Shown here: positions 1-14,011 of the stretch, one piece after another
How the letters are laid out: every line of letters starts with the position of its first letter
Position numbering within the stretch: position 1 is the first letter of the stretch
Translations under genes and position numbers: made by a program
The notes under the pieces: generated by a model
Told to the model about the DNA's origin: nothing
Databases searched by the model: none
The model's input: the letters and a program-made list of their open reading frames with translations, nothing else
Assembly (NCBI GenBank): GCA_051362555.1
Contig: CM120647.1
Span: 13,740,651-13,804,650, forward strand
From: Lingula anatina
Taxonomy: Eukaryota; Animalia; Brachiopoda
DNA: 64,000 bases
Reading direction: 5' to 3'

Positions 1-199
1 TTTGTCTGTAAGACCGGATATATTCCAAGGTCTTAATCTCGTTTATTCCAGAAAAAATACTCCCAAAATATAAAGACCCCCTTTACCTAAAGTGACATAA
101 TATATTGACGGTCCTCTTGAAAAAAACTGCCTTACAAACCACTACCTACAATCTAACATGTTAAAATTTGGATATTTAGCTTTCTAAAAAACGTCATTA

Positions 200-245
<46 letters not shown>

Positions 246-678
246 AATTAGTCCTGGGTTAGACCAAATTTTGTGCTCAGTTTACTAGTCTAACATTACT
301 TTTAAAACTTCTAGGCAGAATTTACAAATGTTGACAACCTTCACATTCATATATTCAACCAATTAAAAAAATTAAACTGACGGACTGAATGTCTAGACAT
401 ATGAGGTTTTTTCTATGAAAGCGTCTCATACATCTTTTATTGAAATCGCATATTATAATACTGGTACCAACAACTTTCAATTCAGAGACTACTTTGATCT
501 ATTTTATACGGGAATGCAATGCAGAATGAATGGAGAATCGTGTTGAATAATTGAAATACATTCATAGGGGTAAAAAGTGTGAAAATTAGAAATTACGATG
601 AACAGCTTATAAAACTTAATTCGTTTTCGTAGATCATAGGACTACTTGTATCAAATGAAACCAGTGCAATTGAGATAA

Positions 679-714
<36 letters not shown>

Positions 715-1383
715 GCAGTACCCAAGACATATGTTCTTATACCGGTAGTCTTGAAAAGTTTATACACTTATAGCCTTTTATTTGAAAACGTATTACTAAA
801 AAAAGGTCCATTTCTTCTGTCAATTTTGATTATAAAACTATCGTCAATATGAATTCGCCTTTCACTGTACAATTCTCTCTCGTTTTTATCAAAATTATTT
901 AGAACTTAATTTACAGTGTTCAAGGCGTGTAAAAACAGACCATACAGACCTGTGGCCGCTATATGTGTCTCTTGGAGACAAATTGTATTTGTTTTCCTTC
1001 ATAGATGCTAGTATATACGAAGGTTATCAAACGGTACGGTTTAGAACTATGATTCAGCTGACCTAAATTGCAATTTTAAGAGGGACCACTGGTGTGATTT
1101 TTTCAGAAATTGAAGAGGGAAGGTTAGGACCCCCCCCCCCCCCCGACACACCCTAAATAGGTAACTGCGTGATATTACCTATTATATTATGTAGTTTTAA
1201 GTATTTTACTAAATCATTTTTTTCACTTTTCATGTAATTTAATACCATTCGTGTGCAAGTTTATGTGATCAACCACTCAGACATTATATTTATATTTCAG
1301 ATACTGTGAAGTGCATGTAGAATTCCTGATAGACCACTTTGTTTAAAAGGTTATTCTTTTAAGGCTCATGCAAGCTCGTGTGT

Positions 1384-1414
<31 letters not shown>

Positions 1415-2945
1415 GTAGGGGGGGGTGTTCACAGTTCACAATTCCCTGCAATAAAAACTCAATTAGTATCTCATTGAAAATGTAAGTCTGGGTATAACAA
1501 CAATGCCTTCGTCTGAATAATGACGAAGAATAAAAGGCCGCATTTACCAGTCGGGGCAGGGGAATGGGGGGCTTCAACGCTCACGCTGTGAACGTTTCAC
1601 CTATTTCGGAAGATAAATCAGTGGCTTTCACGGGTAACTATAATACCCAATAGGGCCCTTAATTTAGCTCGTTAGTAACGGCTAATATGGGTTAAAACAA
1701 AGCTAAATAGGCATTTCAACTTTAATGTACACAAATGAAGATTTTCATTCCAAAATCACATTTATGGAGTTATCCTGGGGTAAACGGCATTTATCTTCAT
1801 TTTTCTTTCCTGACGCTCTTTAGAACACTGTAACAATTTTGGAAAAAGGAGATCCAAACAATGTTTCGCACTACAATGTCTCGACTAACAGATATCGCGC
1901 GACTTTACAGACAGTGCCAAGATGGCTCACTACCAAGGGTGGGCAAGGGACGGTGAATATGATTTATTTTTGGCGATATTGATTAAGGCCATTCATCTTT
2001 CTATTTATGTTTTAAAAATTATAATTATCCTCAAATAAAATCAACGAGAAGTAATTCATGAACTTAGAAGGTGTTTAAATCTCACATCGTATACTTTAAC
2101 ACAATAATTCCCAACTCCAGATGGACCAGGCTGATATTTAAATTCATCCCAATATTTTAATGGCAGTTTTTTTTTCCTACACCACCTTAAGCGAGGCTCA
2201 CACTTGATGAACTTTTGACATATAAAAAAATAATAAAACCTGGCCATTAATATGCTTTACCTGTTTGGTTTCTTTGCTTAATCAAGAAGTTCTACTCTAC
2301 AACTTCTTGGTTTAACTCATGCATTGACTTTGTGGAATATTCTGGTGCTTGAAAATTGGTGCTTATTTTAGAATAACACTTGCTGGGTCTTGAAATCGAG
2401 TTATTTATTTTTTTATTTATTTATCTTTTTAATTTTTTTAATTTCACCAATCTAAATGCCATAAAATATCTATTCAGTCATAAAAGGCTGTTTGGACATA
2501 TGCATAAAGCACCCTTTTTGTGATAATTGAGAGAGATTATAAAAAGCAAGAGAGAGTAGTTTGCTGCTTTTTGAAGGGGACAAACAGTCAATGAAAAAGG
2601 ACCACGTTTGGATACTGTGTGGTAGGGGAAGGTGGAACCTGGCGGAGATAAAGGTCGCCGATGTGCCCATATCGTTTCTCGATCAAAAAAAAAAAAAAAA
2701 AATCCTAGAAATACATGCAAGATTGCGTGTCAAAACCCAGTAAACAATAATTATAATAAGTAAATGAAACACAAAGACACTTGTTGCTATGCTATATGAA
2801 TTTCATATAAACAGCAATATTATTTTACATAATTTCAAAGAATTTCGAAAGTTAACTTCTTGAGAAAGATCGATTCCCAATGATTTTCCAAATGTCAAAT
2901 AAGGATGTAAAAAATTCCTGCCCTTTTCATCCTCGTATATCAGAG

Positions 2946-3483
2946 CTACTGCAGATCAGGATCGAACTCCTGTCGGCCAATGTTGTCGTCACCATTGGCG
3001 TCTTCGTCGTCAAACACTGCATCCTTCTCGGCCCTTTTCCCGCGCGTGCAAGTACAGGTAACGTGGTATTTTTCCCCAAGAATCACCCACTCGTTTTAAC
3101 ACTGAACAAATAATGTAAGCATGTTCTTGAATTCTTGTGAACATATACTTTTTCAGATATCTACCATATACCAGCTCAGCGATGACCTTATTACTTATTT
3201 CGATTCTTTGACTGGGTTCCCATGCCTACTTTAACTCCCTGGATAGTCTCACTAAATTGCTATCAAATAACAGGCTTGAATGTCTGCCACGCCTACCGAA
3301 TCAGCTAGGGGGTAAAGACAATTACCCCCTTACATCTTTATTAGACGTGACAGACATTTAAGCCGATCAAGTTGACAGCAATTTAGTGAGACTCCCCAGG
3401 AGTCCTAATATCTGTGGGAATGGTTCCTTTGTCATTATTTTCAATTTTGCAATTCGTTATTTTTCTCAATCATTATTTCATCA

Positions 3484-3533
<50 letters not shown>

Positions 3534-4968
3534 GCAAAAAAAAGAATGTGTACAGGAAAGCCAGAGTAATACTCGTGAATACCTAGTGAAAATTATCACA
3601 GGACCCCAGTAGATGGTATGATTGATAGGGAGAGCTCTAAAATATAATACGTCCACCACTAGGGTTCTTGGATATAGATGGTTTCCGTGTACACCACTGC
3701 TTTTCAAATTGGCCAGATGATATGGAAAACATGCATCTAATGCGCAGTTCACACTAGCAGTATGGTTAACGAAGTTCAACAATATGTCACCCTTTTAAAC
3801 TTCAATAACCACATAAGCATACTCTCTTTATATTGTTGCGGCGCATTTTTAAAATTCCATTTCAAGTCTTAAACTGTTATATGCATTATGGAATGTTCAC
3901 CAAAGTAGAAAACACCAATTCCTACGTTTTATTTCTGAATAATAACTCCATACTTTATGAATGCCTGTGGTGCAGGCTCCTCGAGTCTTTGAGTACGACG
4001 TCACGCGCAATCCATCTTAGCATCTATTTACGGCCAAGCTGAAAAGGGAACCTTTGGAGCAGATGATCCACAGACCAAGAGCGCTTATCTGTGGACTAGC
4101 CCGCGGATTAAATCTCGACTCCACAATTTTAATAGGGTTGACCGTATTTAGTCCGCGGATCAGTAAGCCCGCAGATAATATGTTCTGAAACGCGCTCTAA
4201 CGCCGACAAAATATGGCCGACCCCACTTAAAAGCAAGCCCAGATGCTCCCCCGTCTTTACATGCACACGCGCCATTAAACGGATTTGGCTCCGAGATAGA
4301 GAGAACCTATCTACCATCTGTTCTGAATGCGTTCTGAATGAGAGAGAGAGAGGACCCGTTCAAAATAGGGGACTATAATTAGTCCAAGGGTCAAATACTT
4401 TCCCACGGGATATCTATTTATTGTCTATGGGGTCATGCACAATACAGGGGCGAATCCAGAAATATTTTCTGACAGTCTTCCAAATTATCTTTGTTGACAC
4501 ATTCTCTTTTTTTTTACCGTCTTCCGACAGAAAAAAAAATACATGTAGATACTCGTCAATGTTAACTTGAAAATCTGACCGTCTTCCGGAAGACGGCCTC
4601 AATCCGCCCCTGCATTTAATAGATCATCCGAATACTAACATATCCACCGATTATTATGGCTGTCCACATTGCAAAAGCGATGTCGCTGATTCCCGACGGT
4701 CTCTTCGCATACACACATTAAATGGATTAAATCTCGTCTCCGAGGTTTCATTGCTAGGCCCCTACAGCGACAGCACGTGCGGGGGCTGCGAGACCATCAT
4801 GGAATTGGCGGTATCGGTTTTGAACTGGGTCGGCCATATTTAGTCGGCCGATCAGTTAGTACCCAGACCATCTATTCTGAACAGTCCCTTTTAGTGGCGT
4901 AGACGGCAAGGTTTGTAGTGGGTCGATATATTTGACACTCGGACTAGTAAGTCACTGATTCGGAATGG

Positions 4969-5014
<46 letters not shown>

Positions 5015-5541
5015 TTTCTTACGTACTCTGTGACCGGGCCGCAGTCAGTTCTACACGGACTGGTATATGCGTAGCCAAATATGTTACATTTCCCATATGA
5101 ACAGTAAAAGAATGTCTGTAATGTAAATAGGGAATTAAAAATCTTTTCCTTTCTCTTTTCCCCCTCCAACACATGCGCACCGACACTGCACACGCATACA
5201 AACCCACATATGTACAGAATGATTTCCTTTTACCTACGACCATTTACTTATCGAATTTCAATAAACAATATAAAAATAGACTTCTAGCTTTGTTCTACAT
5301 TTATTACTAAAATGTACGGTATCATTTTCCTCCTGTAATGCTAAGTTCCCTGATACCAAACATGTATTATAAATGTGTTCTGAATGCATTTCCCGATGAA
5401 ATACCCTGATACTAGTAGACCCACCCACGTGCAGTCTGCGCAGAAATTATACCCAATCTGATAGCAGCAGATAGATTCAGCTTCCTGCATTACAGCGGCC
5501 AGACCCAATGCAACTAACGCAAAAATGGCAAAGGTAGTCAT
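2946..5541 (-). pseudogene. Mytimycin-like copy D, truncated/probable pseudogene
   Basis: Exons 5541-5425, 5115-5027 and 3101-2946. FGCAC has become FGYAY. The last exon carries TGG>TGA at 3085-3083 plus a 1-nt deletion. Homology to the paralogs' upstream region stops at ~5655, so the 5'UTR exon and TATA promoter are missing. Confidence 0.8.
3487..3533. repeat. (TTA)n microsatellite
   Basis: Directly visible; paralogous tracts at ~19448-19497 and ~33660-33695. Confidence 0.9.
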
Positions 5542-5656
5542 CTTCTGAAATGTGAAGTGACAACATGGAGTTGACACAAAGGCAAAGGGAATTTTAGAGG
5601 ACAGTGGAGCTCGAATCTCTTCTGTTAGCAGCTATGCTTTTAAACTTCCAGAGGCT

Positions 5657-6467
5657 TTTTAAGGTTTTACCTTCATTTATTTTAGCAAAATACTACCTAA
5701 ATTGGACGGCACCATTTACTTGCAGTGACACAATATAATGGTGGCCATCTTGGAAAAAGCTGCCTTGAAAACCTTTTTCTATCACTTAGATTTTTCAAGA
5801 TTTTTAATATGTTTAAATCTGGATATTAAGCTTTCTAAAATACCTCATTACACTTTTTTGGCGATAAGTCCCTACTGTAAAACAAACTGTTTAAAAAATT
5901 AGGTATTATAAAACCCAATTATAAAGACCACCCTTTACCTACAGTGACATAATACATTGGCGGCCATCTTGAAAAAAACTGCCTTAGGAACCACTACTTA
6001 GATTTTTCTAGATTTTTAATATGTTAAAATTTGGATATTTAGCTTTCTTAAAAACGTCATTACAATTTTTGCAATTAGTCCTGGGTTAGGCCAATTTTTT
6101 CGCTCAGTTTACTAGTCTAAGAGCGCATTCCCAGATATTTAGATCGATCCAACTAGATCGACCAAACTCCCTGGGTGTTCACGTTAAATTGCTGTTAGCC
6201 GACCGCGCACGGAAGTTAAATACCCCGGGACAGCCATTTAAGCCGGTTAGCAGGCAGTAATCTAGTGAGACTCCCAACAGGGATAGATCGATCTAAAATC
6301 TGTGAGAATGGGTTCTTAGAGTGCATTTCCATAGATTTAGATCGATCCATCATCCATCTAGATCGACCTAACTCCCTGGGGGTTCACGCTAAATTGAAAA
6401 AAGTTACGATGAACCGCTTATAAAACTTAATTCGTTTTCTTAGATCATAGGACTACTTGTATCAAAT
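5657..6467. repeat. Inverted duplication of ~26217-27034
   Basis: Near-identical reverse complement of the copy C 3' flank, including a deletion junction specific to that flank. It is fused directly onto the truncated upstream end of copy D. Confidence 0.85.
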
Positions 6468-7929
6468 TCCGTTCCTACATAGGCACGCATGTCCTAGGAC
6501 ATAATTTCCTGGGATTTAACGTCCAGTGGACATCCTTTACTTAGTATTCTAAGTCCTGCAGACACGTATCGATGTCCTAGTCGGACATATTTTCCCAGCT
6601 AGACTGGTAATAGATGTCCTCTGACATATACATATGAATGTTGTGTTAATTTCAGAAGATTTGAACGCGATGTTTAAGAATGTTATTACGCTTATTATAA
6701 TTATTTGTATACATGTACCCCTATACACACTTTATTCGGCTAACTTAAGATACTTTAAATAAAAAAAACTACAAATTGTTATTAGATTTAGGATATATAT
6801 TTTTTATGTCCGATTAATATGAAAAATATGAGATTTGCGCCACCTTGTGAAATATGTCGGGCCTCTTCACATTACATTAATGCCTTAATATCTGTTAAGC
6901 GGCCATTTATATACAACTGTATGTCTGTGGTACACAGCTTTGAATTTTGGCTTCTGTCCATTTCTAAACAATGTGTTTTTTGTCCTTATACACATCACAT
7001 TATACGTTTTACGGGGTGTTTTTCGGTGAAATACGAGTGTGCGAAATAATACACAGCCACCCTCTCGCGATATACTCGCTTACAAGTACGTGTTGAACAC
7101 TTCTCGATGACGTTCGAGCTGCTATGGTACAGGTATACATATCGTTCAGGTGACAGTTCATTTTTTTATACTTGGTGCCTTGATGATCATTGGGAATATT
7201 TGTAGTTTGAGAGACATAGTATGCAGTTTGAGACGTGTATAATTGTAAGATAAATAAATTGAATCTGTCTGTTATTTTTTATACATGCATTTTCACTATT
7301 AGTCTTCTGAGCGCAATTTTTCCCTTACATATGGATCCCGAAATTCCCATTCTAATTCTTTGTATTTTTAGGTGAAAGTAGAAAGAATATGCTTTTTTGC
7401 GTATAATTATCCGATGAAATTCGAGTTATTAAAGGAATTCTAAAATAGCTCAACGTTAAAAAAATGATGATATTTAAATCAAACGTAAGATCTCGCCAAA
7501 TCAAAATAATCCAAATTGTATAACAAATTGTAAAGTGCGTTTTGTTCGTTGAAATGGAGAATAAATTAGAATAACATTTGCATATAGAGTACATGTAACA
7601 TCGCTGCTGAGGATTCGAACTCACTTACGTTTCTCTATGCTCTTGGTCATTCATCCAGCCGTCTTACTGATTAGCCTGTGTGGAAGCTGCTGCCAGCCGA
7701 CCGAAAATTACCGGTGCTTATGCCCTCGTGTTTATAATTATTGTACGGACATTAATTATGTAGGACTTGCGTTTCTGTGTATATGTGAAAGGAAATTATG
7801 TCCGACAGGAATACATGTCCTAGCTGCGTATAAATACAGCTGGGAATCTAGGTCCGGGTAGGACAGTACATCCTAGGGAACGCACGTCCATAGGACCTCC
7901 GTTCCTGGGGGACATGCATTCCTTTCACA
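6468..7929. mobile_element. Left-truncated non-autonomous DNA element inserted at a CCGG site
   Basis: Both ends are rich in GGACAT/ATGTCC subterminal motifs. The right end is ...TCACA|CCGG, after which paralogous intron sequence (compare 19686 CCGGTTATTTGATAGC) resumes. The matching left terminus is absent. Confidence 0.55.
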
Positions 7930-8126
7930 CCGGTTATTTGATAGCAATTTAGTGAGACTAACCAGGGAGTTAGAGTAGATCGATCCAGATGGATTGATCT
8001 TGGCAAGGGAACCCAGTCAAAGAATCTATATTAATAATAAGGTCATCGCTGAGCAGGTATATGGTAGATATCTGAAAAGTAATATGTTCACAAGAATTAA
8101 ATAAGATGTTTACTTTATTTGTTCAG

Positions 8127-8286
8127 TATAAAAAAAACAGGTGGGTGGTTCTTGACGCAAAAATATGACGTCACCTGTACTTGCACGAGCGGGAAAAGGG
8201 CCGAGAAGGATGTCGTGTTTGACGACAAAGACGCCAATGTGGACGGCAAGATTGACCGACAGGAGTTCGATCCTGATCTGCAGTAG
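8127..8286 (+). pseudogene. Orphan last exon of mytimycin-like copy B (3' half)
   Basis: tttgttcAG acceptor, then an open frame: IKKTGGWFLTQKYDVTCTCTSGKRAEKDVVFDDKDANVDGKIDRQEFDPDLQ*. Upstream intron homology is cut at 7930 and no + strand upstream exons exist in the window. Confidence 0.8.
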
Positions 8287-10417
8287 CTCTGATATACGAG
8301 GATGAAAAACGCAGCCCTTTTCCATTCTTTACTGACATTCAGATAATCATTGAATCGATCTTTCTCAAGAAATTAACTTTCGAAATTATTTTTATAAATT
8401 AGGAATTGAAATTATGTAAAACAATATTGCTGTTTATATGAAATTAAGATAGCATCGCAACAGGTGTTGTTGTGTTTCATTTACTTATTATTATTATTTA
8501 CTGGGTCTTTACACACAATGTTACATGTTTTTCTAGCTTTTTTGATCGAGAAACGATATGGGCACATCGGCGACCTTCATTTCCGCCAGATTCCACCTCC
8601 CTTACCACACCGTATCCAAACGTGGTCCTTTTTCATTGACTGTTTGTCCCCTTCAAAAAGGAGCAAACTACTCTCTCTTGCTTTTTATAATATCTCTCAA
8701 TTATCACAGAAAGGGTGCTTTATGCATGTGCCCAAACAGCCATTTTTGACTGAATAGACATTTTATGACATTTAGATTGGTGAAATTTTAAAAAAATTAA
8801 AAAGATAAATAAATAAATAAATAAATAAACACTCGATTCCAAGACATAGCACGTGTTATTCTAAAATAAGCACCAATTTTCAAGCGGCGGAATGTTACAC
8901 AAAATCAATGCATGAGTTAAACAAAGAAGTTGGAGAGTAGAACTCCTTGGTTAGGCAAAGAAACCAAACAGTTAAAGCATATTAATGGCCTGTTGGCATT
9001 ATAGTTACCCTTGAAAGCCACTTTTTATATTCCGAAATACGTGAAACGTTCCCAGCGTGATAATTGAAGCCCCCCATTCCCCTGCCCTGACTTGTAAATG
9101 CGGCCTTTTATTTTTCGTCCTTATTGAAACGAAGGCATTGTTGATATACTCGGAAATTCGTTTCTTTCAACTCGCCACACTTGCACTTTCAATGAGATAC
9201 GAATTAAGTTTTTATTGCTGGGATTTGTGAACTGTGAACACACTCCCCCCCCCCAAAAAAAATAATAAAATAAGTAATAACAATAATAATAAATAAATGA
9301 AAATGCTAATAATTGAGACCTTCTTAACTGCTACCAAGTACGGTCAATTTAAGCTGGAAGGGATACTCGAGCTTGAGCCTAAAAAAAAACAATAACCTTT
9401 TAAACAAAGTGGTCTATCAGAAATTCTGCATACACTACACAGTATCTGAAATATAAATATTATGTCTGAGTGGATGCTCACATATCTTGCACACGAATGG
9501 TATAAAATTATATGAAAAGTGAAAATAAAAAAAATGATTTAGTAAAAGACTTTAAACTACATAATATAATAGGTAATATCATGCAGTCACAGATTTAGGG
9601 TGTGTCAGGGGGTTCCTAACCCTCCCCCTCCAATTTCTAAAAAAAATCACACCAGTGGTCCCTCTTAAAATTACAATTTACGCTAGCTGAACCATTGTTC
9701 TAAACCGTACCGTTTGATAACCTTCGCACATACTAGCATCTATGAAGGAAGACAAATACAATTTGTCTCCAAAAGACACATATAGCGGCCACAGGTCTGC
9801 ATGATCTGTTTTTACACGCCTTGAACACTGCAAATAAAGTTGTAAATAATTTTGATAAAACCGAAAGAGAATTGTACAGTGAAAGGAGGACTGAGATTGA
9901 CGATAGTTTTAATCAAAATTGACCGACGACAAGGATCTTTTTTAGAGTAATAAGTTTTCAAATGAAAGTGTATAAACTTTTCAAGACTACCGGTATACTG
10001 GTGGAGAGAGAGATTATCCTTATTGCACTGGTTTCATTTTGATACAAATAGTCCTATGATCTACGAAAACGAATTAAGTTTTATAAGCGGCTCATCGTAA
10101 CTTGTAATTTTAATTTTCACGCTTTTTACCCCAATGAATGTATTTCAATTATTCAACACGATTCTCCAGTGATTCTGCATTGCATCCCCGTATAAAATAG
10201 ATCCAAGTAGTCTCTGAATCAAAAGTTGTTAGTACCAGTATTGTAATGTGCGTTTTCAACAACAGATGTATGCGACGCTTTTATAGAAAAAAAAAACCTC
10301 ATACGTCTAGGCATTTAGCCCGGCAGTTTAATTGATTTTTTAAAAATCTGGTTGGATATATGAATGTGAATGTTGTCAACATTTGTAAATTCTGCTTCAA
10401 AGTTATAAAAGTCGTGT

Positions 10418-10972
10418 TAGACCCCATTCCCAGAGATTGGGTGGATCCAACTAGATCGACCTAACTCCCTGGGGGTTCACGCTAAATAGCTGTCAGCAGA
10501 GCGGGCACGAAAGTTAATTACCCCCTTACAGCTGGAAGTAGGCGGGACGGACATTTAAGGCGGATTATCTGACAGTAATCTAGTGAGACTCCCCATGGAG
10601 ATAGATCGATGTAAAATCTATGGGAATGCGCCCTTAGACCCCTTTTCTCACAGATTTTAGATGTGGTTGGTCTCACTAGATTACTGTCTGCTTAGCCGGC
10701 TTAAATATCTTTCCCGCCTACTAAAAGCTGTAAGGGGGTAATTAACCTTGCTAACAGCCAGGGAGTTGGGTCGATCTAGTTTGATCAATCTAAAGGTGCA
10801 TTCCCAGAGATTTAGATCGATCCAGAGATTTAGATTTAGATCGACCTAACTCCCTGGGGGTTCACGCTAAATTGCAGTCAGCCGAGCGCGCACCATAGTT
10901 AATTACCCCTTAATCTCTGGATCGATCTAAATCTCTGGGTATACACCCTAAATCTCAGGGAATGCGCTCTTA
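10418..10972. mobile_element. Stack of ~200-bp Tourist/PIF-like MITEs (GATCGATCTAAATCT family)
   Basis: Imperfect TIRs with TTA/TAA junctions. The same family occurs at ~3190-3420, 6120-6395, 19530-19770, 25115-25310, 26298-26572, 33340-33585 and 57852-58079. Confidence 0.65.
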
Positions 10973-12539
10973 GACTAGTAAACTGAGCGAAAAATTTGGC
11001 CTAACCCAGGACCAATTGCAAGAAAAAAATGTAATGACGTTTTTAAGAAAGCTAAATATCCAAATTTTAACATATTAAAAATCTAGAATAATCTAAGTAG
11101 TGGTTCTTAAGGCAGTTTTTCAAGATGGCCGCCAATATATTATGTCACTAAAGGTAAAGGGGGGTCTTTATATTTGGGGAGTATTTTTGGAATAAATGGA
11201 ATAAATGAGGTTGAGACCGTGAAGTATATCTGGACTTACAGACAAAAACACTTTGACGAAAAGAAAAACTCATTTGATGGGAATTATTCACCAAAGGCTT
11301 TTAGCTTGGGGTCAAAGGTCAGACAAAGGTCATTTGTACAGATTTTACCTGAAATGTTGGCCGCCAGCAAGTGTAATCATAAGGTTTCATAATACCTATT
11401 TTTTACAGTTTGTTTTTCAGTAGGACCTTATAGCTAAAGAAGTATTATGAGGTAATTTAGAAAGCTTAATATCCAAATTTAAACAAATTAAAAGTCTAAA
11501 AAATCTAAGTGATAGAAAAAGGTTTTAAGGCAGCTTTTTCCAAGATGGCCACCATTATATTGTGTCACTTCAAGTAAATGCTGTCATTCGATTTAGGTAG
11601 TACTTTGCTAAAATAAATGAAGGTAAAACTGTAAAATATACACATAGTTAAATGAATGAAATGAATTTAAATTAGATAGGAATTATTCACCAAGGTTCAC
11701 TGGCTTTAGTCAAAGGTCATGCAAAGGCCATTTGTACAGATTTTCCCTAAAATGTTGCCTAAAATTGCAAATTATGTTTTTAAACATATGCAATGGAATT
11801 ATTTTGATGTTTACTATAATCATTATATCATTCACAACAACTCTAAGAAGTTTGGATGCAAAATATGGCTCTTTTGGAGAAATATGAGTCATACTGTGAA
11901 AAATTAGACAAATAAGGATTCTGAATAAGTGGACAGGATAAGATTTCTCACCATTCTGGGAACAAATGTGTCTTTGCAAATACAATAAATGTGTAATATA
12001 TGGAAAACACTTGTTTTTTGTATTATTTATTATACCCATTTATGTACCTGTTCAAAGCATTTTCCAATATGGCCTTCAGCAAGAGTATCCATAAGGCTTC
12101 ATAAATTTTAAAAAAATCTAAACAGTAAATCTTCAATAAATATTCAACTCAATAATGTTGTTTTACCCCCTTTTTTATTGTGAGTTTTGTAATTTATTTT
12201 AAACATTTGTTCAGATCTACAGTCACCAGTATCACCAAACACTGTCATTTTTTTCTTAGGCGGACTGGAATGTTGTATCAATTGGACAAGCAATCGTACT
12301 GCTGGCCTGTCCAAATAAGTTTGGGTGAACAAATGCATGAATGTCTTGGAAACAGATTCCTAATTGCATGGATCCTGTTGCTCCTAGATATGAGAAGGAT
12401 TCCAGGGCCACACAAGGGACAGAATCCTGGAGCTTTTGTTGCCACATTCACCGACAGAAGAAACCCCCAATATGTAGGAATCGGAACCTATCAGAAAACT
12501 AACGTTTTGTGGAAACTGTCCTTACCTGCCTTCCAGCCA

Positions 12540-12775
12540 CAGCCCAAACCACTACGGAATGTCGTTCCAAGGAGTGTTAGTGTATCTGCTTGTTTCAATG
12601 TGAAGTTTATGCCCACTGATGCGAAAACGACAGTATTTTTCTCTTTTATCAGTATCATGAAGGACGTCTATTTTTTTTTTCTTTTTTAAATGTATTTTTG
12701 AATTGGCAATAGGCTCTGAATTTAGATTTGTCCTCAAACTCATTGTCCCATGTACCCACTGATGATGCGTTCACT
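12540..12775 (-). mobile_element. Non-LTR retrotransposon 3' fragment
   Basis: FRISGHKLHIETSRY motif, typical of LINE ORF2 C-termini; paralogous to 31620-31850. Confidence 0.6.
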
Positions 12776-13704
12776 GAACATGCTTAGGAAGTTTATGTGA
12801 GGAATCTGTTTTAGCCATACAAATCCGTATTATGAAAGCGTCTCAAACATCTGTTACTGAAACCGCGAATAACAATGCTGGTACTAACAACTATTGATAC
12901 AGAAACTACTTTGATCTACTGTACACGGGAATACAATGCAGAATGAATGGAGAATCGTGATAAATAAATGATACACATTTTAAGGGAAAAGAGTGTGAAA
13001 ATGAAAATATTTAAGTTAAAAGTTTCCATAAAACAATGCAGAATGAAGTAAGATAAACTTTCTCTCTCTTTCTCTCCAGCAGAACACCGTGACTGACTTG
13101 CGCACCCTGTTTGTACTTTTTTCCTGTAATGGTAATCAAACGCAATCTTTAGACATCTTTACTAGCAAAAAACTTCGATGCACTCTCTAGAATTTGAACC
13201 CTCGATCAAATTTCAAATGTGCATGAGCTCCTTAAATGTTCTCTGTGATTTCTTGCGATAATCCATTTCACCGGCTCAACTCAACAGAATACAGTACTGT
13301 CACCGATTTTTTTTCACCTAGCTTTGGGGGTTTTCAGTAAAAAAAATCACCGGCCTCTGAATCCTTTGATTCGTTGATGAATAGATAATGTTAAGTCAAA
13401 TTAGTGTTCTACCGGATTAAGCTAGATTTTATAAATGTGCATGCGTAAAACCTGAAGATAAATGTCTTTAAGATGAAAATGATTTCAACCAATGAAAATC
13501 AGTCTCGAACACACATTATCTTTCTGCGCATTGCCGAACCAGTCGGTAAATGATAATCCAGACTAAGGTGAATCATAGTGAAATACCTGTACCAGTACAT
13601 AACTTTGATGTCCGTTCCACTGCTTTAATCCCTTCTGAATACAGGCGTGTACTCCACTTCAGAAACCGATGCCTTGACGAAGCTTGCACTGCTGATGAAA
13701 ACGG

Positions 13705-13772
13705 TATAAATAGTTCAATCTTTCGACATTTTCAATCATTTCGAGACTGAGAGGTAATCAAGGATTACTCAG
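13705..13772 (+). promoter_or_regulatory. TATA box and short non-coding first exon of copy C
   Basis: TATAAATA at 13705-13712, Inr-like TCATT ~30 nt downstream, donor CAG|GTAAAG at 13772/13773 and acceptor at 14008, 3 nt before the ATG. The layout is conserved in copies A and B. Confidence 0.6.
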
Positions 13773-14011
13773 GTAAAGAATTATGTCCAAGAAATGTTCT
13801 TAATTTTCTGTACACTAAGTAGGATTTCACGACGCCAATTGCCTTTCTGCGCATTGGGTTTTAAAGAACAACGTATGAAATCTCACTTTACTGTCAGCGT
13901 GCCTCAGAAAGTTTAGTATAGCTGCTGACAGAAAAGATTTGAGCTCTACTGTCCTCTAAAATTCCCTTTGCCTTTGTGTCAACTCCATGTTGTCACTTCA
14001 CATTTCAGAAG

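Noticed and set aside
3083-3085. In-frame TGA in copy D as selenocysteine
   Set aside because: It aligns to Trp in the paralogs and is followed by a frameshift.
5341-5577. Track ORFs starting MSTPCCHFTFQK (also 13976, 30371, 35304) as single-exon genes
   Set aside because: They start at GTG inside the intron and run past the splice donor. The real ATG follows the acceptor.
6468-7929. CRISPR-like or other regular repeat array
   Set aside because: The motifs are short, irregular, transposon-subterminal type in a eukaryotic context; there are no constant repeat-spacer units.
12180-12689. 169-aa ORF
   Set aside because: Non-ATG start, antisense to a LINE remnant, no coding signature.
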